A stretch of DNA of 63,206 bases, filler included, from Octopus bimaculoides (lineage: Eukaryota), in NCBI RefSeq assembly GCF_001194135.2. It is 4 parts of 4 records of this genome, joined end to end, with 100 filler letters (N's around TTAATTAATTAA, not from the genome) between each part and the next. Parts side by side here need not be neighbours in the genome. Positions count along the whole stretch, not along the records: positions 1 to 15,938 come from NC_068982.1; 3 more parts are not named here. One strand, given 5' to 3'. The notes beneath the pieces are model-generated. The model saw nothing but the letters and a program-made list of their open reading frames with translations. It was not told the origin of the DNA and ran no database searches. A program made the translations under genes and the position numbers. The stretch's first letter is position 1. Each line of letters starts with the position of its first letter. Of this stretch, positions 1-12,250 are shown piece by piece.

Positions 1-7
1 TTTTTCC

Positions 8-720
8 TTCATAACTTTTAAGAAGATGTTGTTTTTTTTTTAAATGAAATTTTATATAAATACCTTTCAACCGGCATAGATTACGATTATAAAGAAATTT
101 GTGGGAAAATCCTTTCCGAGGGGTGGGGAGAGGACTTCGGAAAATTCACAAGATTCGAGTTTTTCGCCCATAACTTAGTGACAGTTTATCGTGGACAGCG
201 AGTATAAATCCAAATTTTAAATATTCCTCTGAATATTGACGAACTTTTTTTACTTGCATTACTCATTTTATGTATTTTTGAATCGGCATAACTACAGATT
301 TCTGTGCCCCCGTCTTTGGATGATCATAACTTTCAGAAAAATGGATATTTTTAATGAAATAGCCTACAAATATGTGTTATATCATGTAGATCCCGAATAT
401 ACAAAAGTTTTTTGGGAAAAGTGTTTTAGGAGGGGTTGGGGTGGGGAATTTCGGAAATTCCACCGGAGTCCACTTCAATTCGTTTTAACTTTCAAGAAAA
501 TGTATATTTTTTAATGAAGTTCTCTACAAATATACCTCGGACTATGTAGATTCCGAGGACATAGGAATTTTTTTGGAAAACAATTGGGGCTATTTTTGAG
601 AATTGTTCCCCACTCGCGGGTGTTTCTGAACAAGTCGTCCATATTTGTTTCATTTTCTCCGTTTTGTGCGTTTGTGCATCCATAGATTTCTAACACACAC
701 ACACACACACACACACACGC
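8..720. repeat. Degenerate ~160-bp tandem core repeats (3 copies) followed by (CA)n; possible non-autonomous Helentron/HINE-like element
   Basis: The motif taactttYaagaaRatg...aatgaa...caaata...tgtagatYccga...tgggaaaa recurs at ~11, ~326 and ~486, then (CA)n at 692-718. Core repeats plus a microsatellite is the layout of mollusc HINE/Pearl-like elements; the family assignment is inference. Confidence 0.4.
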
Positions 721-1722
721 ATTTGTAATTACCTACATGTTTTCACATACCACTAATTCGAAGGAAATAATCGTATTCCCTCTTTAGTGACATCAGATCT
801 AATATGATGAAAACGACCTGTTGTCTCTAAAATGTCAAAAATTTGATGAAATTGTCCATAGAAGGGATGTAAAGAATTTTTTTGTAATAACTCATTTTCG
901 AATTATTTTTTAATAACTCATTCTCATTCTCGAATTGCCCCCTTTCTCTTATTGGTATATTAATCATTGTGTACAAAAGGTATAAATTGAACATAAGCCT
1001 ACGCATGCCTCACCAAAATATTACCATGCCCCACGTTGGGAATCACGGAGCTTACATAAAGCGCAAATAAATTAATTTGTAAACAGTTTAGGAAAATACA
1101 CGGAGTCAATTTCATAAACGATTTCATGATTTTAATACGACTTCTAAAATATGTAGCTTTTTCCTTTCGTTTAGTGAAAATACCATGGAAAATATGGAAA
1201 ATGAATTTGGAGAGATGCTTAATATGGATGTTTGATGATTCAAAAATACAAACGACTTATTTACAAAGAGATATTGTTTTAATATCTAACACGTTTGTGG
1301 TTGTCATCGAGTTTTGTCAAGTATCAACATTTGGAGGATATTTATCATGGAATTGTCATCTTTTAATAGTACATGTATGAGTCAAGCATTTTCCCTCTTA
1401 TGAATCGTTTGAATCATAACACTAGTCAACAAAATAAAACTTTTATTTTCTGGCATAAAATCTTAGAGCTGTTTTAGACTAATTTTTGGGCGCTGATTCC
1501 GAAACTAACTTAAGATTTGCTCTAACACATTACATTTTTGTGTCATCGGTATATATCTTTATTTACTTGGAGCATAATACAAGTTAATTTTACTCCACTA
1601 TTTTTTTTTTGTTGGAATTTGGGCTGGATTGTCATGCGAATTTTGAATATGTTCAAGCTGAGTTTTGCTTTAAAGCCCTTCCTCTTCTTTTCAGGTGTGA
1701 ACTGAACCACTGTGATCTAGTT

Positions 1723-2891
1723 ATGGATACAACATCAAAAATAAGGACGTCCTGCAATGACTCTGATATCTTCTGTTATGTTTGTGGAAACTTCACTCCA
1801 CAGGCTCAAAGGCACAACATTAATAACTTTGTCAAGGTGTATCTTGCTTACTTTAAAGTAACACTTAGTAATCAAGATAAAACCTGGGCTCCCTTCACAN
1901 NNNNNNNNNNNNNNNNNNNNNNNNNNNNNNNNNNNNNNNNNNNNNNNNNNNNNNNNNNNNNNNNNNNNNNNNNNNNNNNNNNNNNNNNNNNNNNNNNNNN
2001 NNNNNNNNNNNNNNNNNNNNNNNNNNNNNNNNNNNNNNNNNNNNNNNNNNNNNNNNNNNNNNNNNNNNNNNNNNNNNNNNNNNNNNNNNNNNNNNNNNNN
2101 NNNNNNNNNNNNNNNNNNNNNNNNNNNNNNNNNNNNNNNNNNNNNNNNNNNNNNNNNNNNNNNNNNNNNNNNNNNNNNNNNNNNNNNNNNNNNNNNNNNN
2201 NNNNNNNNNNNNNNNNNNNNNNNNNNNNNNNNNNNNNNNNNNNNNNNNNNNNNNNNNNNNNNNNNNNNNNNNNNNNNNNNNNNNNNNNNNNNNNNNNNNN
2301 NNNNNNNNNNNNNNNNNNNNNNNNNNNNNNNNNNNNNNNNNNNNNNNNNNNNNNNNNNNNNNNNNNNNNNNNNNNNNNNNNNNNNNNNNNNNNNNNNNNN
2401 NNNNNNNNNNNNNNNNNNNNNNNNNNNNNNNNNNNNNNNNNNNNNNNNNNNNNNNNNNNNNNNNNNNNNNNNNNNNNNNNNNNNNNNNNNNNNNNNNNNN
2501 NNNNNNNNNNNNNNNNNNNNNAATGAGTGCGGCGGAGGCTAGAGCTTGGAATGTCTTCTCTGATGTGGTTCAGAATTTCCTCGGGAACAGGAAAGCTGAC
2601 AATTATCAAAAGACTGTGGAGGAGTTGCTCTTGAGTTTGCAAGCTCTTGGATGTAGAATGAGCATTAAATTACACTATTTACACAGTCAGTTGGGTGATT
2701 TTCCAGAGAACCCGGGTGATGTTAGCGAAAAACCAGGCGAACACTTTCATCAAGATGTAAAAGTAATGGAAGAACACTACCAAGGCCGATGAGACTTAAA
2801 CATGATGGTAGATTATTGCTAGAGCTGGATGAGAGATATTCCAGAAGCTGTGCACAAGAGATCGTCAAAAAAGAGGAAGTTCTTGCAGTAA
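1723..2891 (+). pseudogene. Chapaev3-like transposase pseudogene (centre hidden by N gap 1900-2521)
   Basis: N-terminus SCNDSDIFCYVCGNFT...YLAYF...QDKTWAP; C-terminus AWNVFSDVVQNFLGNRKADNY...LGCRMSIKLHYLHSQL..FPENPGDVSE..GEHFHQDVKVMEEHYQGR. In-frame stops at 2790 and 2820; terminal KRKFLQ* at 2889. Confidence 0.8.
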
Positions 2892-3020
2892 TAAAATGAT
2901 CAGAATGAATGACCACCATGAATAGAGATTTTGTAATCACATTTTGTTATAACCAAGCTTAATTCTTACTTGTTGATGTGCATTTACTCTCTTTCTGTTT
3001 TGGTTTATTAAAAATTACAT

Positions 3021-3393
3021 AGGTGCAGGAGTGGCTGTGTTCTGGGTTCATTCCCACTGCGTGGCACCTTGGGCAAGTGTCTTCTACTATAGTCTCGGGT
3101 CGACCAAAGCCTTGTGAGTGGATTTGGTGGACGCAAAACTGAAAGAAGCCCGTCGTATATATGTATATATTATATGTGTGTGTATATGTTTGTGTGTCTG
3201 TGTTTGTCCCCTCAACATCGCTTGACAACCGATGCTGGTGTGTTTACGACCCCGTAATTAGCGGTTCGGCAAAAAAACCGATAGAATAAGTACTAGGCTT
3301 ACAAAGAATAAGTCCTGGGGTCGATTTGCTCGACTAAAGGCAGTGCTCCATCATGGCCACAGTCAAATGACCGAAACAAGTAAGAATAAAAGA
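3021..3393 (+). mobile_element. tRNA-derived SINE family A (CORE-like), inserted in the Chapaev element
   Basis: Partly deleted head aggtgcaggagtggctgtgt, core ggcaccttgggcaagtgtcttctactatag, internal (TA/TG)n, tail agtcaaatgaccgaaacaagtaag; matches ~10 other copies in the window. Confidence 0.85.
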
Positions 3394-3856
3394 GTATGTT
3401 TAATTCTTTCTTTATGAAATTTAAATAGCTGTTTCTAGCAAAATTAAAAGATTTTATATCTCAAAAATCTGATGTGATAGACAAAATCTGATGCCGGATT
3501 TGGATTCAGCACCCCAAAATTAGTTAAAAACCATCGATAAACCTTGTGCCAGAAAATATGTGTTGACCAGTGTAATAAACCTAAAAGCGACCAACAAAGA
3601 CTATCCAACATATTGATGACTGCTTACGTTTAACTTTTAGTCATTCTGAAACTGATTACGTCTATAATGTTGGAAGGCCATTGATTCGCATTGATTTCAC
3701 TAAGATAATATGAAAATACACTTTCTTTGCAATGTATGTGTATATGTGTATGTGTATGTATGTGTGCGTGTGCATACATGCATACATAGATACATAGATA
3801 CATACATACATACATACATACATACATGCATGCATGCATGCATGCATGCATACATG

Positions 3857-3919
<63 letters not shown>

Positions 3920-5113
3920 GCACCCACTATGTTTAACAGCTGTCGAAAATCATACAAATTAACAGTAGAAGTACCAGATATTTTACTACCCATCTACGTA
4001 GGGAAACCATTTTTAGGGAAACCATTTTTAGGGAAACCACTTAAAATATCGCATTATGGAATCGGTCATTGAGAACAGCTTCACACTTCCTGAAAGTAAT
4101 GTCCAACGTGTTAATTTTCATGCTACGTGAAATAGCGATTTTACAATTGAATTAGATACCAAACAGTTTCTTCGTACTTACAGGATTAAAACCAAGAACA
4201 AAGAAAACCTACTTTTATTTTAATAAACGTTGGGAGTGTCTAGTCTAGAATATACTAGCTATGTCGTACTAGATCCGTAATCAGTGTTGAATGTGGGTCG
4301 GAATGAGTTGTGTAGAAGGAAGAGGGCAACAGCTGATCAGGTAAGGATTCATGTCTATTATAGTTAACACAAGATGCGTTCAGGTCAGTTCTTTTATTCT
4401 ACTGAATGATTGTCGACAAATCAGCTGATATACCTGCGTCACGTCACTTCTTAGATCTATATCGTTGATTATGGGAATGGGAAGCACACGTATATAGACA
4501 TTGACATGCATACAAACACACATAAGCAAGCACACATGCACGTAGACAAGCAAACACACACAGAGGCACATATATACATAAACACATATACACATATGCA
4601 TATACGCACATATATACATAAACACATATAAAAGCATGTATGTATATATATGGGGATACACACATATAAAAATACATATATATGCATATACATATATATT
4701 TTGTATATACACGTAAATTAGGGTGCATATATAACTGTATATATATATATATATATNNNNNNNNNNNNNNNNNNNNNNNNNNNNNNNNNNNNNNNNNNNN
4801 NNNNNNNNNNNNNNNNNNNNNNNNNNNNNNNNNNNNNNNNNNNNNNNNNNNNNNNNNNNNNNNNNNNNNNNNNNNNNNNNNNNNNNNNNNNNNNNNNNNN
4901 NNNNNNNNNNNNNNNNNNNNNNNNNNNNNNNNNNNNNNNNNNNNNNNNNNNNNNNNNNNNNNNNNNNNNNNNNNNNNNNNNNNNNNNNNNNNNNNNNNNN
5001 NNNNNNNNNNNNNNNNNNNNNNNNNNNNNNNNNNNNNNNNNNNNNNNNNNNNNNNNNNNNNNNNNNNNNNNNNNNNNNNNNNNNNNNNNNNNNNNNNNNN
5101 NNNNNNNNNNNNT

Positions 5114-5152
<39 letters not shown>

Positions 5153-5192
5153 TATATATTTATACATATATCTAATACATATATATACAACC

Positions 5193-5594
5193 TGGCTGTA
5201 TGGTAAGTAGCTTGCTTCTCAGTCATATGGTTCCGGGTTCAATCTCACTGCGCGGCACCTTGGGCAAATGTCTTCTACTATAGCCTCGGCCTGAATAAAG
5301 CCTCGTGAGTGAATTTTGGTTGACAGCAACTGAAAGAAACACATCGTATATGTATATATGTGTATATATATCTATGTGTGCGTGTCTTTGTGACTGTGTT
5401 TGTCCCCACCACCGCTTGACAACCGGTGTTGGTGTGTTTACATCCCTGTAACTTAGTGGTTCGGCAAAAGAACCGATAGAATAAGTACTAGGCTTTTAAA
5501 AAGTCTTTGGATCGATTTGTTCGACTAAAACCCTTCATGGCGGTGCTCTAACATGGTCGCAGTCAAAAGACTGAAAAAAGTAAACGATAAAAGA
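5193..5594 (+). mobile_element. SINE family A, near full length
   Basis: A-box tggctgtatgg, B-box ggttcaatctc, core ggcaccttgggcaaatgtcttctac, family A tail. Confidence 0.85.
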
Positions 5595-5640
5595 TATATA
5601 CAGACAAATATATATGTTTACATACATTTATACATACATG

Positions 5641-5830
5641 GTCCATTTGAGTAGGGAGTTCATGTTGAGGGAGTTGTATCCAGGCATAGGTGGTATTCCT
5701 TGAAGAAGATTGTCCAGATTCCGTTTAAAGGTGATGGGATCCTTTTCCTCTTTGATCTGTTTTGGGACAATGTTAAACAGGGCAGTGCCTGTTGAAGAAA
5801 AGAAATTGTGTTGCAGTATATATATAAGAA
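5641..5830 (-). mobile_element. CR1/L2-group LINE ORF2 C-terminal fragment
   Basis: Minus strand reads LQHNFFSSTGTALFNIVPKQIKEEKDPITFKRNLDNLLQGIPPMPGYNSLNMNSLLKW, which resembles the conserved end of invertebrate CR1-group ORF2. Confidence 0.7.
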
Positions 5831-5971
5831 ATGATTAAGATTCAGTTGAATTAGGCACTTAAGTTGAGGCACCAAGACAGCATGGCAACGTTTTGCGACA
5901 TCACTGTTTAGTCAGCTTTATACTTTTATCACTTTGAGAGACATTTTCTTGGCATTCGGTGATTGGGAATC

Positions 5972-6017
5972 TGTTACTGACGAGGCGAAAATTACGCCGA
6001 AATCACGTGATGCCACA
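5972..6017 (+). ncRNA. Hammerhead ribozyme-like motif (type I, probably inactivated)
   Basis: CTGACGA (5977), stem II ggcg/cgcc, GAAA (5999), palindromic stem III atcacgtgat. The cleavage position is G and stem I (tgtta/ccaca) is mismatched. Confidence 0.5.
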
Positions 6018-6177
6018 ATCCAGTCCACCGGTGCTAACGAAATTCCGTCTGCCGATATAATCTGTGCTATTTCGCACTAGATGAGTATGCGAAATGGCCT
6101 CTCTCTAGACGTATACTGTAGCTTACGGTGTTTCAAAAAACAACATATCCAAGTCAAATTAGATGTTAAGATGTATG

Positions 6178-6210
<33 letters not shown>

Positions 6211-7113
6211 NNNNNNNNNNNNNNNNNNNNNNNNNNNNNNNNNNNNNNNNNNNNNNNNNNNNNNNNNNNNNNNNNNNNNNNNNNNNNNNNNNNNNNNNNN
6301 NNNNACACACACGTTTATGTGTGTATTGACTGTATGCGTGTGTGTGTGTGTGTGTGTGCGTGCGTGTGCGTGTGTGTGGGTTATGGGTGGGTGGGTGTGT
6401 ATGTTTACTCATATAAATATGCTGAGTACATACATACACTGATTATACATGTACATATGTATGTTTACATATATGTATGTATGTATGAATGTATTTATGT
6501 ATGAATCGATGGATGGATGGATGTATGTACGTGTGGGTGTTTTGTAACAATAGAATCCTTGATCTTATTATCTAGAACACAACATTATCTGAACAATATA
6601 CAATATATTCAGCTAATCAGATATAAATATGAACATGAAACCCGACCTTCACTTACATATGCTTGTTATAGTTTATAGCTCAATGAAAAGACAATAACCT
6701 CTAAGAGACATGGGTTACTGCTTGATTATTTACAGGCAAACTCATCACTAGTTAGATGCCCCCTTACTGAGGTACATAGACAGCTATAAAAAGGTGTCTC
6801 CTTATGATTTCGTCAAGGGCAACGTGGTAACACTACTCATGACCATTTCCAGATAAGGATCGCGAGGGAACCTATCACAATCTATGATTTTCTCCGCTAG
6901 GAAGAAGTGCGTCAAATTTCGTGGTATTTATCCTCAAATTAAAAATATGCTCCTTTACAGAAAAACCTAGTGCCGAGTGGTGATGTTAAGATAGTAGCTC
7001 TAGTTCTCTATAGCTGCTGATTCTTTTGAATATGTACGAATATACACGAATATATGCGTAAACGAGCTCATTTTTTCCTGCATATTCTAGAGAGGGCTTT
7101 AGCCAACAGGTTT

Positions 7114-7176
7114 TGGGATCTGATGATATGCCACACAGCGAAGGCCTTTATGGACGTGAAACCTAAGGTAATCCCA
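7114..7176 (+). ncRNA. Type I hammerhead ribozyme motif
   Basis: Stem I tgggat (7114)/atccca (7171), core CTGATGA (7120), imperfect stem II atgcc/ggacgt, GAAA (7158), stem III acc-taa-ggt, cleavage triplet GTA (7168-7170). Confidence 0.65.
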
Positions 7177-7597
7177 TAAACCGACCTTATCTAACTTTAA
7201 TATATATATATATANNNNNNNNNNNNNNNNNNNNNNNNNNNNNNNNNNNNNNNNNNNNNNNNNNNNNNNNNNNNNNNNNNNNNNNNNNNNNNNNNNNNNN
7301 NNNNNNNNNNNNNNNNNNNNNNNNNNNNNNNNNNNNNNNNNNNNNNNNNNNNNNNNNNNNNNNNNNNNNNNNNNNNNNNNNNNNNNNNNNNNNNNNNNNN
7401 NNNNNNNNNNNNNNNNNNNNNNNNNNNNNNNNNNNNNNNNNNNNNNNNNNNNNNNNNNNNNNNNNNNNNNNNNNNNNNNNNNNNNNNNNNNNNNNNNNNN
7501 NNNNNNNNNNNNNNNNNNNNNNNNNNNNNNNNNATATATATATATATATATATATACATACATATACATACATACATACATACATATATATGATATA

Positions 7598-8351
7598 TAC
7601 GAGGTCTGATCAATATGTATCCGGTCTGTTGCCATAGTAACAAAGCTAAAGCACGCAGAGTAAAGCCGTTTGGTAAAAATTGACCTTGAATCTGTTGTGC
7701 ATGTGCACGAAGTTTTAACGTTCTAGCTCACTTCTGCTTTTACAACAGTGCTTGGAAGGAACGTGCGTAGCGTGTGATCGTCGCATTGACCTTGACAGAG
7801 AGAGTTGTCATGGCGATACTTGCTCAGAGGCCAATGGTTGCAGAAAGTGTCTGCAGAGGAGTGTATGAGACGCACACAAGTGTACGAGTGGTTCAGACGT
7901 TTCCAAGATGGACGGAAAAATGTCGATATTGACGAACGTTCTGGGAGATTTGCAACCAGTAGAACTGAGAAAAACATTGCAGATGTGTGTGCAGCTGTGG
8001 GGGGAAATCGTCGAATCATCATCCGTGAGTTATCAGAGAATGTGCAGATTAGTTACGGTTCAGTTCAGTCCGTTATCACTGAAGATTTTGGTATGGAACG
8101 CGTGTCTTCCAAGGTTTTGCTAAAACGGCTTTCAGCTGACCCAGATGACACTCGGGTTCCAGTTGTGCAAGATCTCTTTGATTGTGTCGAGGACGATGAA
8201 AACTTTTTGAAAACTTTGCGTAGACCCATGAGCAGTTAGCACCAAGCTCTGCACAACAGAGTTCAAGGTCAATCTGTGCCAAGCGGCTTTACTCAGCGTA
8301 CTTTAGCTTTGTTACTATGGCAACAGTCCGGATACTCATTGATCAGACCAC

Positions 8352-8354
<3 letters not shown>
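7598..8354 (+). mobile_element. Internally deleted mariner transposon with N-terminal HTH transposase remnant
   Basis: ~75-bp TIRs (tacgaggtctgatcaat.gtatccgg.ctgttgccatagtaacaaagctaaag) and TA TSDs at 7596 and 8355. ORF 7805-8239 contains MRRTQVYEWFRRFQDGRKNVDIDERSGR...RRIIIRELSENVQISYGSVQSVITED, a mariner HTH region; no catalytic DDD domain. Confidence 0.9.
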
Positions 8355-8397
<43 letters not shown>

Positions 8398-10447
8398 GTA
8401 TGTAAATATAATATGTGACAATTATTCGGTAGCCATAATTAAAACTCCGAGTTTCGGATGTCGGGGCATTTTTCTATTATATATACATATATTTATATAT
8501 ATAACAGAACGTGTTACAAAAAGAAAATAGAAACTACACGTGGAAATGTAAGGGGAAAGTAAGAAGAAAAATAACCGAAAATGCACATTGGAAATTCAAA
8601 AAACTAAAGGCTTTTATGAAAAGTAACGATACATATACACAATTAGATGAACTGAGGTAGGAATAAAAGTAATAAAAGTCATTAATGTGAATTGTTAAAG
8701 AGATTCATATATATATATATGCGTATAAGAAAAATAATGTTCTCTAGAAAAAATTCATTATTTTTCTTTGTGGTTGGGTTGTTGATGACCTCTTTCTAGC
8801 ATATCGGATGTCCACCTAGTGGCCATCCCTTCTTATACGCATGTAATACAATTTTTCTGAATTTTCAGATTTTTTATATGCGAGGCCACTGGTTTTAAAT
8901 TGATGTTAATTAAATTAATATTCAATTTACCACCCTCAGTATANNNNNNNNNNNNNNNNNNNNNNNNNNNNNNNNNNNNNNNNNNNNNNNNNNNNNNNNN
9001 NNNNNNNNNNNNNNNNNNNNNNNNNNNNNNNNNNNNNNNNNNNNNNNNNNNNNNNNNNNNNNNNNNNNNNNNNNNNNNNNNNNNNNNNNNNNNNNNNNNN
9101 NNNNNNNNNNNNNNNNNNNNNNNNNNNNNNNNNNNNNNNNNNNNNNNNNNNNNNNNNNNNNNNNNNNNNNNNNNNNNNNNNNNNNNNNNNNNNNNNNNNN
9201 NNNNNNNNNNNNNNNNNNNNNNNNNNNNNNNNNNNNNNNNNNNNNNNNNNNNNNNNNNNNNNNNNNNNNNNNNNNNNNNNNNNNNNNNNNNNNNNNNNNN
9301 NNNNNNNNNNNNNNNNNNNNNNNNNNNNNNNNNNNNNNNNNNNNNNNNNNNNNNNNNNNNNNNNNNNNNNNNNNNNNNNNNNNNNNNNNNNNNNNNNNNN
9401 NNNNNNNNNNNNNNNNNNNNNNNNNNNNNNNNNNNNNNNNNNNNNNNNNNNNNNNNNNNNNNNNNNNNNNNNNNNNNNNNNNNNNNNNNNNNNNNNNNNN
9501 NNTACAAAATGTATATATATATATATATATATAAATATATGTGCATACATACATACAAATATATAATATATGTACTATAAATATATGTACGTACATACAT
9601 ACACACACACACATACATACATACATACATACATACATACATACATACATACACATATATAATCCGAATTGAGGGAGTGGAACGGGTAAAATCCAGACTA
9701 CATATGTTTCTTCGCTAGCTAACCCTCTCATGTAATAATTACTCAACGAGGAGTACTCAACTTAGCTATTTATCAGGCCGTGAATACCTTAATTACATGA
9801 AGATTACATTGTTGCTTGGGATTCCCAAGTTAACTCACCGCAGATGCGAGTTGAAATGAGTGATGAAGCCAGAAGAACAAAATGAAAAAAACTAATGCTT
9901 GAAGAAATAAAACGGTCAGGCAGTAAGAAGAAAAAAAAGGATGAGGTCAAATATGTGGGAGTGGGAATCACATAAGGTTGTTAGGAATGAAGAAAGTGGT
10001 GCAGGGAGATAGGAAATTGTTGCTGTCGTTAAGGGGAAAGAACGATTGTTATAAATATTTAACTGGGATGGGTAAATGTATTAGTTTCTTTGTGGATAGT
10101 TGACGCTGATCCTGTTGACCGCTGGTCTACTTCACAGTAATCACACATCATTTCGGATAGAATTCTACTCCACCTTCGTTCTAAAATTACATTAAACCGC
10201 TGGACTAACAACACCAATGCCATTGAATGGTTTAGTTCCTTAATCCCTAAAAGCAGATATAGATTCATTTAAGTCAGTATAGATCAATACTATTCTAGCG
10301 TATCTCCTATCCTACTTAATAAGGGCCTCATCTTTGCACTAAAATATTCTGACCAAACTGGAGGAGATATAGATATTATCGTGACAGCCCGTTGAACTGT
10401 TATAAAATTGGACGGAAACTTTGTGTTCTCAAGGATACTTCCAGTTA

Positions 10448-11140
10448 CTTCGAGTCACTCGGGATCTTGTTCAAAACGGGGGCACCAGTTTTCATTTATG
10501 TTTTATGTAGTGTTTTTGGTACCGAAAGACTTTCAAACTTCGTATACTTATCTATTTTGTGTTATAGAACAGAAAAAAAATTTTGTATTCGAATTTATTT
10601 CATGTAAAAAATTGTCTTATTTCGATGATTTCAACCAATCACTGACAAGTATTCAGCTGTTTACAGTTATTCCTTTGGCAGTTTAAGCGATGTAAAGCGT
10701 ATTTAATCTCCATTACTTCTGACATTTTGCAGAGAGGCAACACACGTGTGTTCGTTTTCCCTAACCCNNNNNNNNNNNNNNNNNNNNNNNNNNNNNNNNN
10801 NNNNNNNNNNNNNNNNNNNNNNNNNNNNNNNNNNNNNNNNNNNNNNNNNNNNNNNNNNNNNNNNNNNNNNNNNNNNNNNNNNNNNNNNNNNNNNNNNNNN
10901 NNNNNNNNNNNNNNNNNNNNNNNNNNNNNNNNNNNNNNNNNNNNNNNNTCATTGGTTGAAATTACAGAAATACGACAACTTTAACATGAAATAACTTGCG
11001 ATGTACGTTTTTTTGTTAAGAAGACTAAGAGAAAAAGATGTTTTATATGACACATTCTACCAGTGTCCCAAGTTTCAAAGTGTTTCGTTAAGAAAATACT
11101 GGTGCCCCCGTTTTGAACAAGATCCGTGACTCGGCCTAGG
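10448..11140. mobile_element. Non-autonomous DNA transposon (MITE) inserted in the PLE RT
   Basis: Inverted termini cgagtcac..ggatcttgttcaaaacgggggcaccagt (10451-10490 vs 11097-11133), putative TA TSD at 10446 and 11141; internal N gap. Confidence 0.65.
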
Positions 11141-12250
11141 TAATCGACCCCATGGGATGTTATCTGTTCCACTGTCTCTGGGACCAATTCCCAAATATTT
11201 CCGGTGGTCTGTATAAGGACGACACTCGGTTTGCGGTCCCGAGCAAGCGAGAAGTCGGACAACTTCGTAAAAAAATTAGATCCTTCTTTAAGAATGTGGG
11301 TCTTAGCATCTCTTATTGCTCCAATCTTAAAACTGCGAATTTCTTCGATGTCACACAGCATTTTCAGAACGACACTTTCTATCCTTACCACAAATTCAGT
11401 GAGAACTTAAATTACGTTAACTTTTCTTCGACCCCCATCATCACTCTGTCCTTAAATCTATGGTTGACAGTGTGTCTTATAGGATCCCATCCTTATTCGT
11501 TAATAAAGAAACATTCGAGCAATATGCCGAATATCATAACAGTGCCCTATACGGTGCTGGCTATAAAAATTCGGGCCAGAAGACGTGACGTTTTCTGGTT
11601 TCACCTCAACTTCGCCCTTAATGTTCAGTCCAGACTACCCAAGCTTTTCTTTGCACTGTTAGAAAAGCATTTCCCCAGGTCTAGTACCCTTAGGAAAATC
11701 TTCAACCCCCCCCCCCCAATCCATTGAATTATCCTACTCCACCACAACTAACATTGCTGGTATTATTCGACAACTTGACAATAGGAAGCTACGTAACCAG
11801 AAGATACATAACTATAATCACTCAAGTACAACACATTCTAACCCCCAGCCCTCCCGTCCATAGCTCTAGAGCATCCTTGAACCTTCTTACTAGTGCTGAC
11901 CCTCACCTCATTAGCACTAATCCTAGGACGCTGTCCACTACTCGTAACCAACCTAGGGATCTGGCTACACCGATTACTGAAGTAGGGAATAATAGGGATG
12001 ATATCACCAGACACGAGAGCTACTATAAACTATATCCTCCGAATAGCTCTCCCACCCCAATACCAATCCTAGCGTTTAACCAGATATTACCTGTGACATC
12101 CGGTTAATAGCAGCTAGTTATAGCCTCACAAACTCAACTTTAGCACCCTCTAGAAATCTATGTTGCGGTAGATACCCCGCTTCAAAGAGATGTTTGTAAG
12201 AGATGCCCCATCTCTTAGAAGATAAATGCCTCGCTAAAAATATCGTATAC

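Larger units (their letters stand above)
1420..3572 (+). mobile_element. Chapaev3-like (CMC superfamily) DNA transposon with both ends present
   Basis: TIRs: left cactagtcaaca...tattttctggca (from 1420); right end reverse-complements to cactggtcaaca-catattttctggca (ends 3572). CAC...GTG termini with a 3-bp TSD TAA (1417-1419 and 3573-3575). Transposase remnants lie inside. Confidence 0.85.

Noticed and set aside
8790-8943. Tc1/mariner-like terminus next to a gap
   Set aside because: Only one end is visible, so an element cannot be defined.
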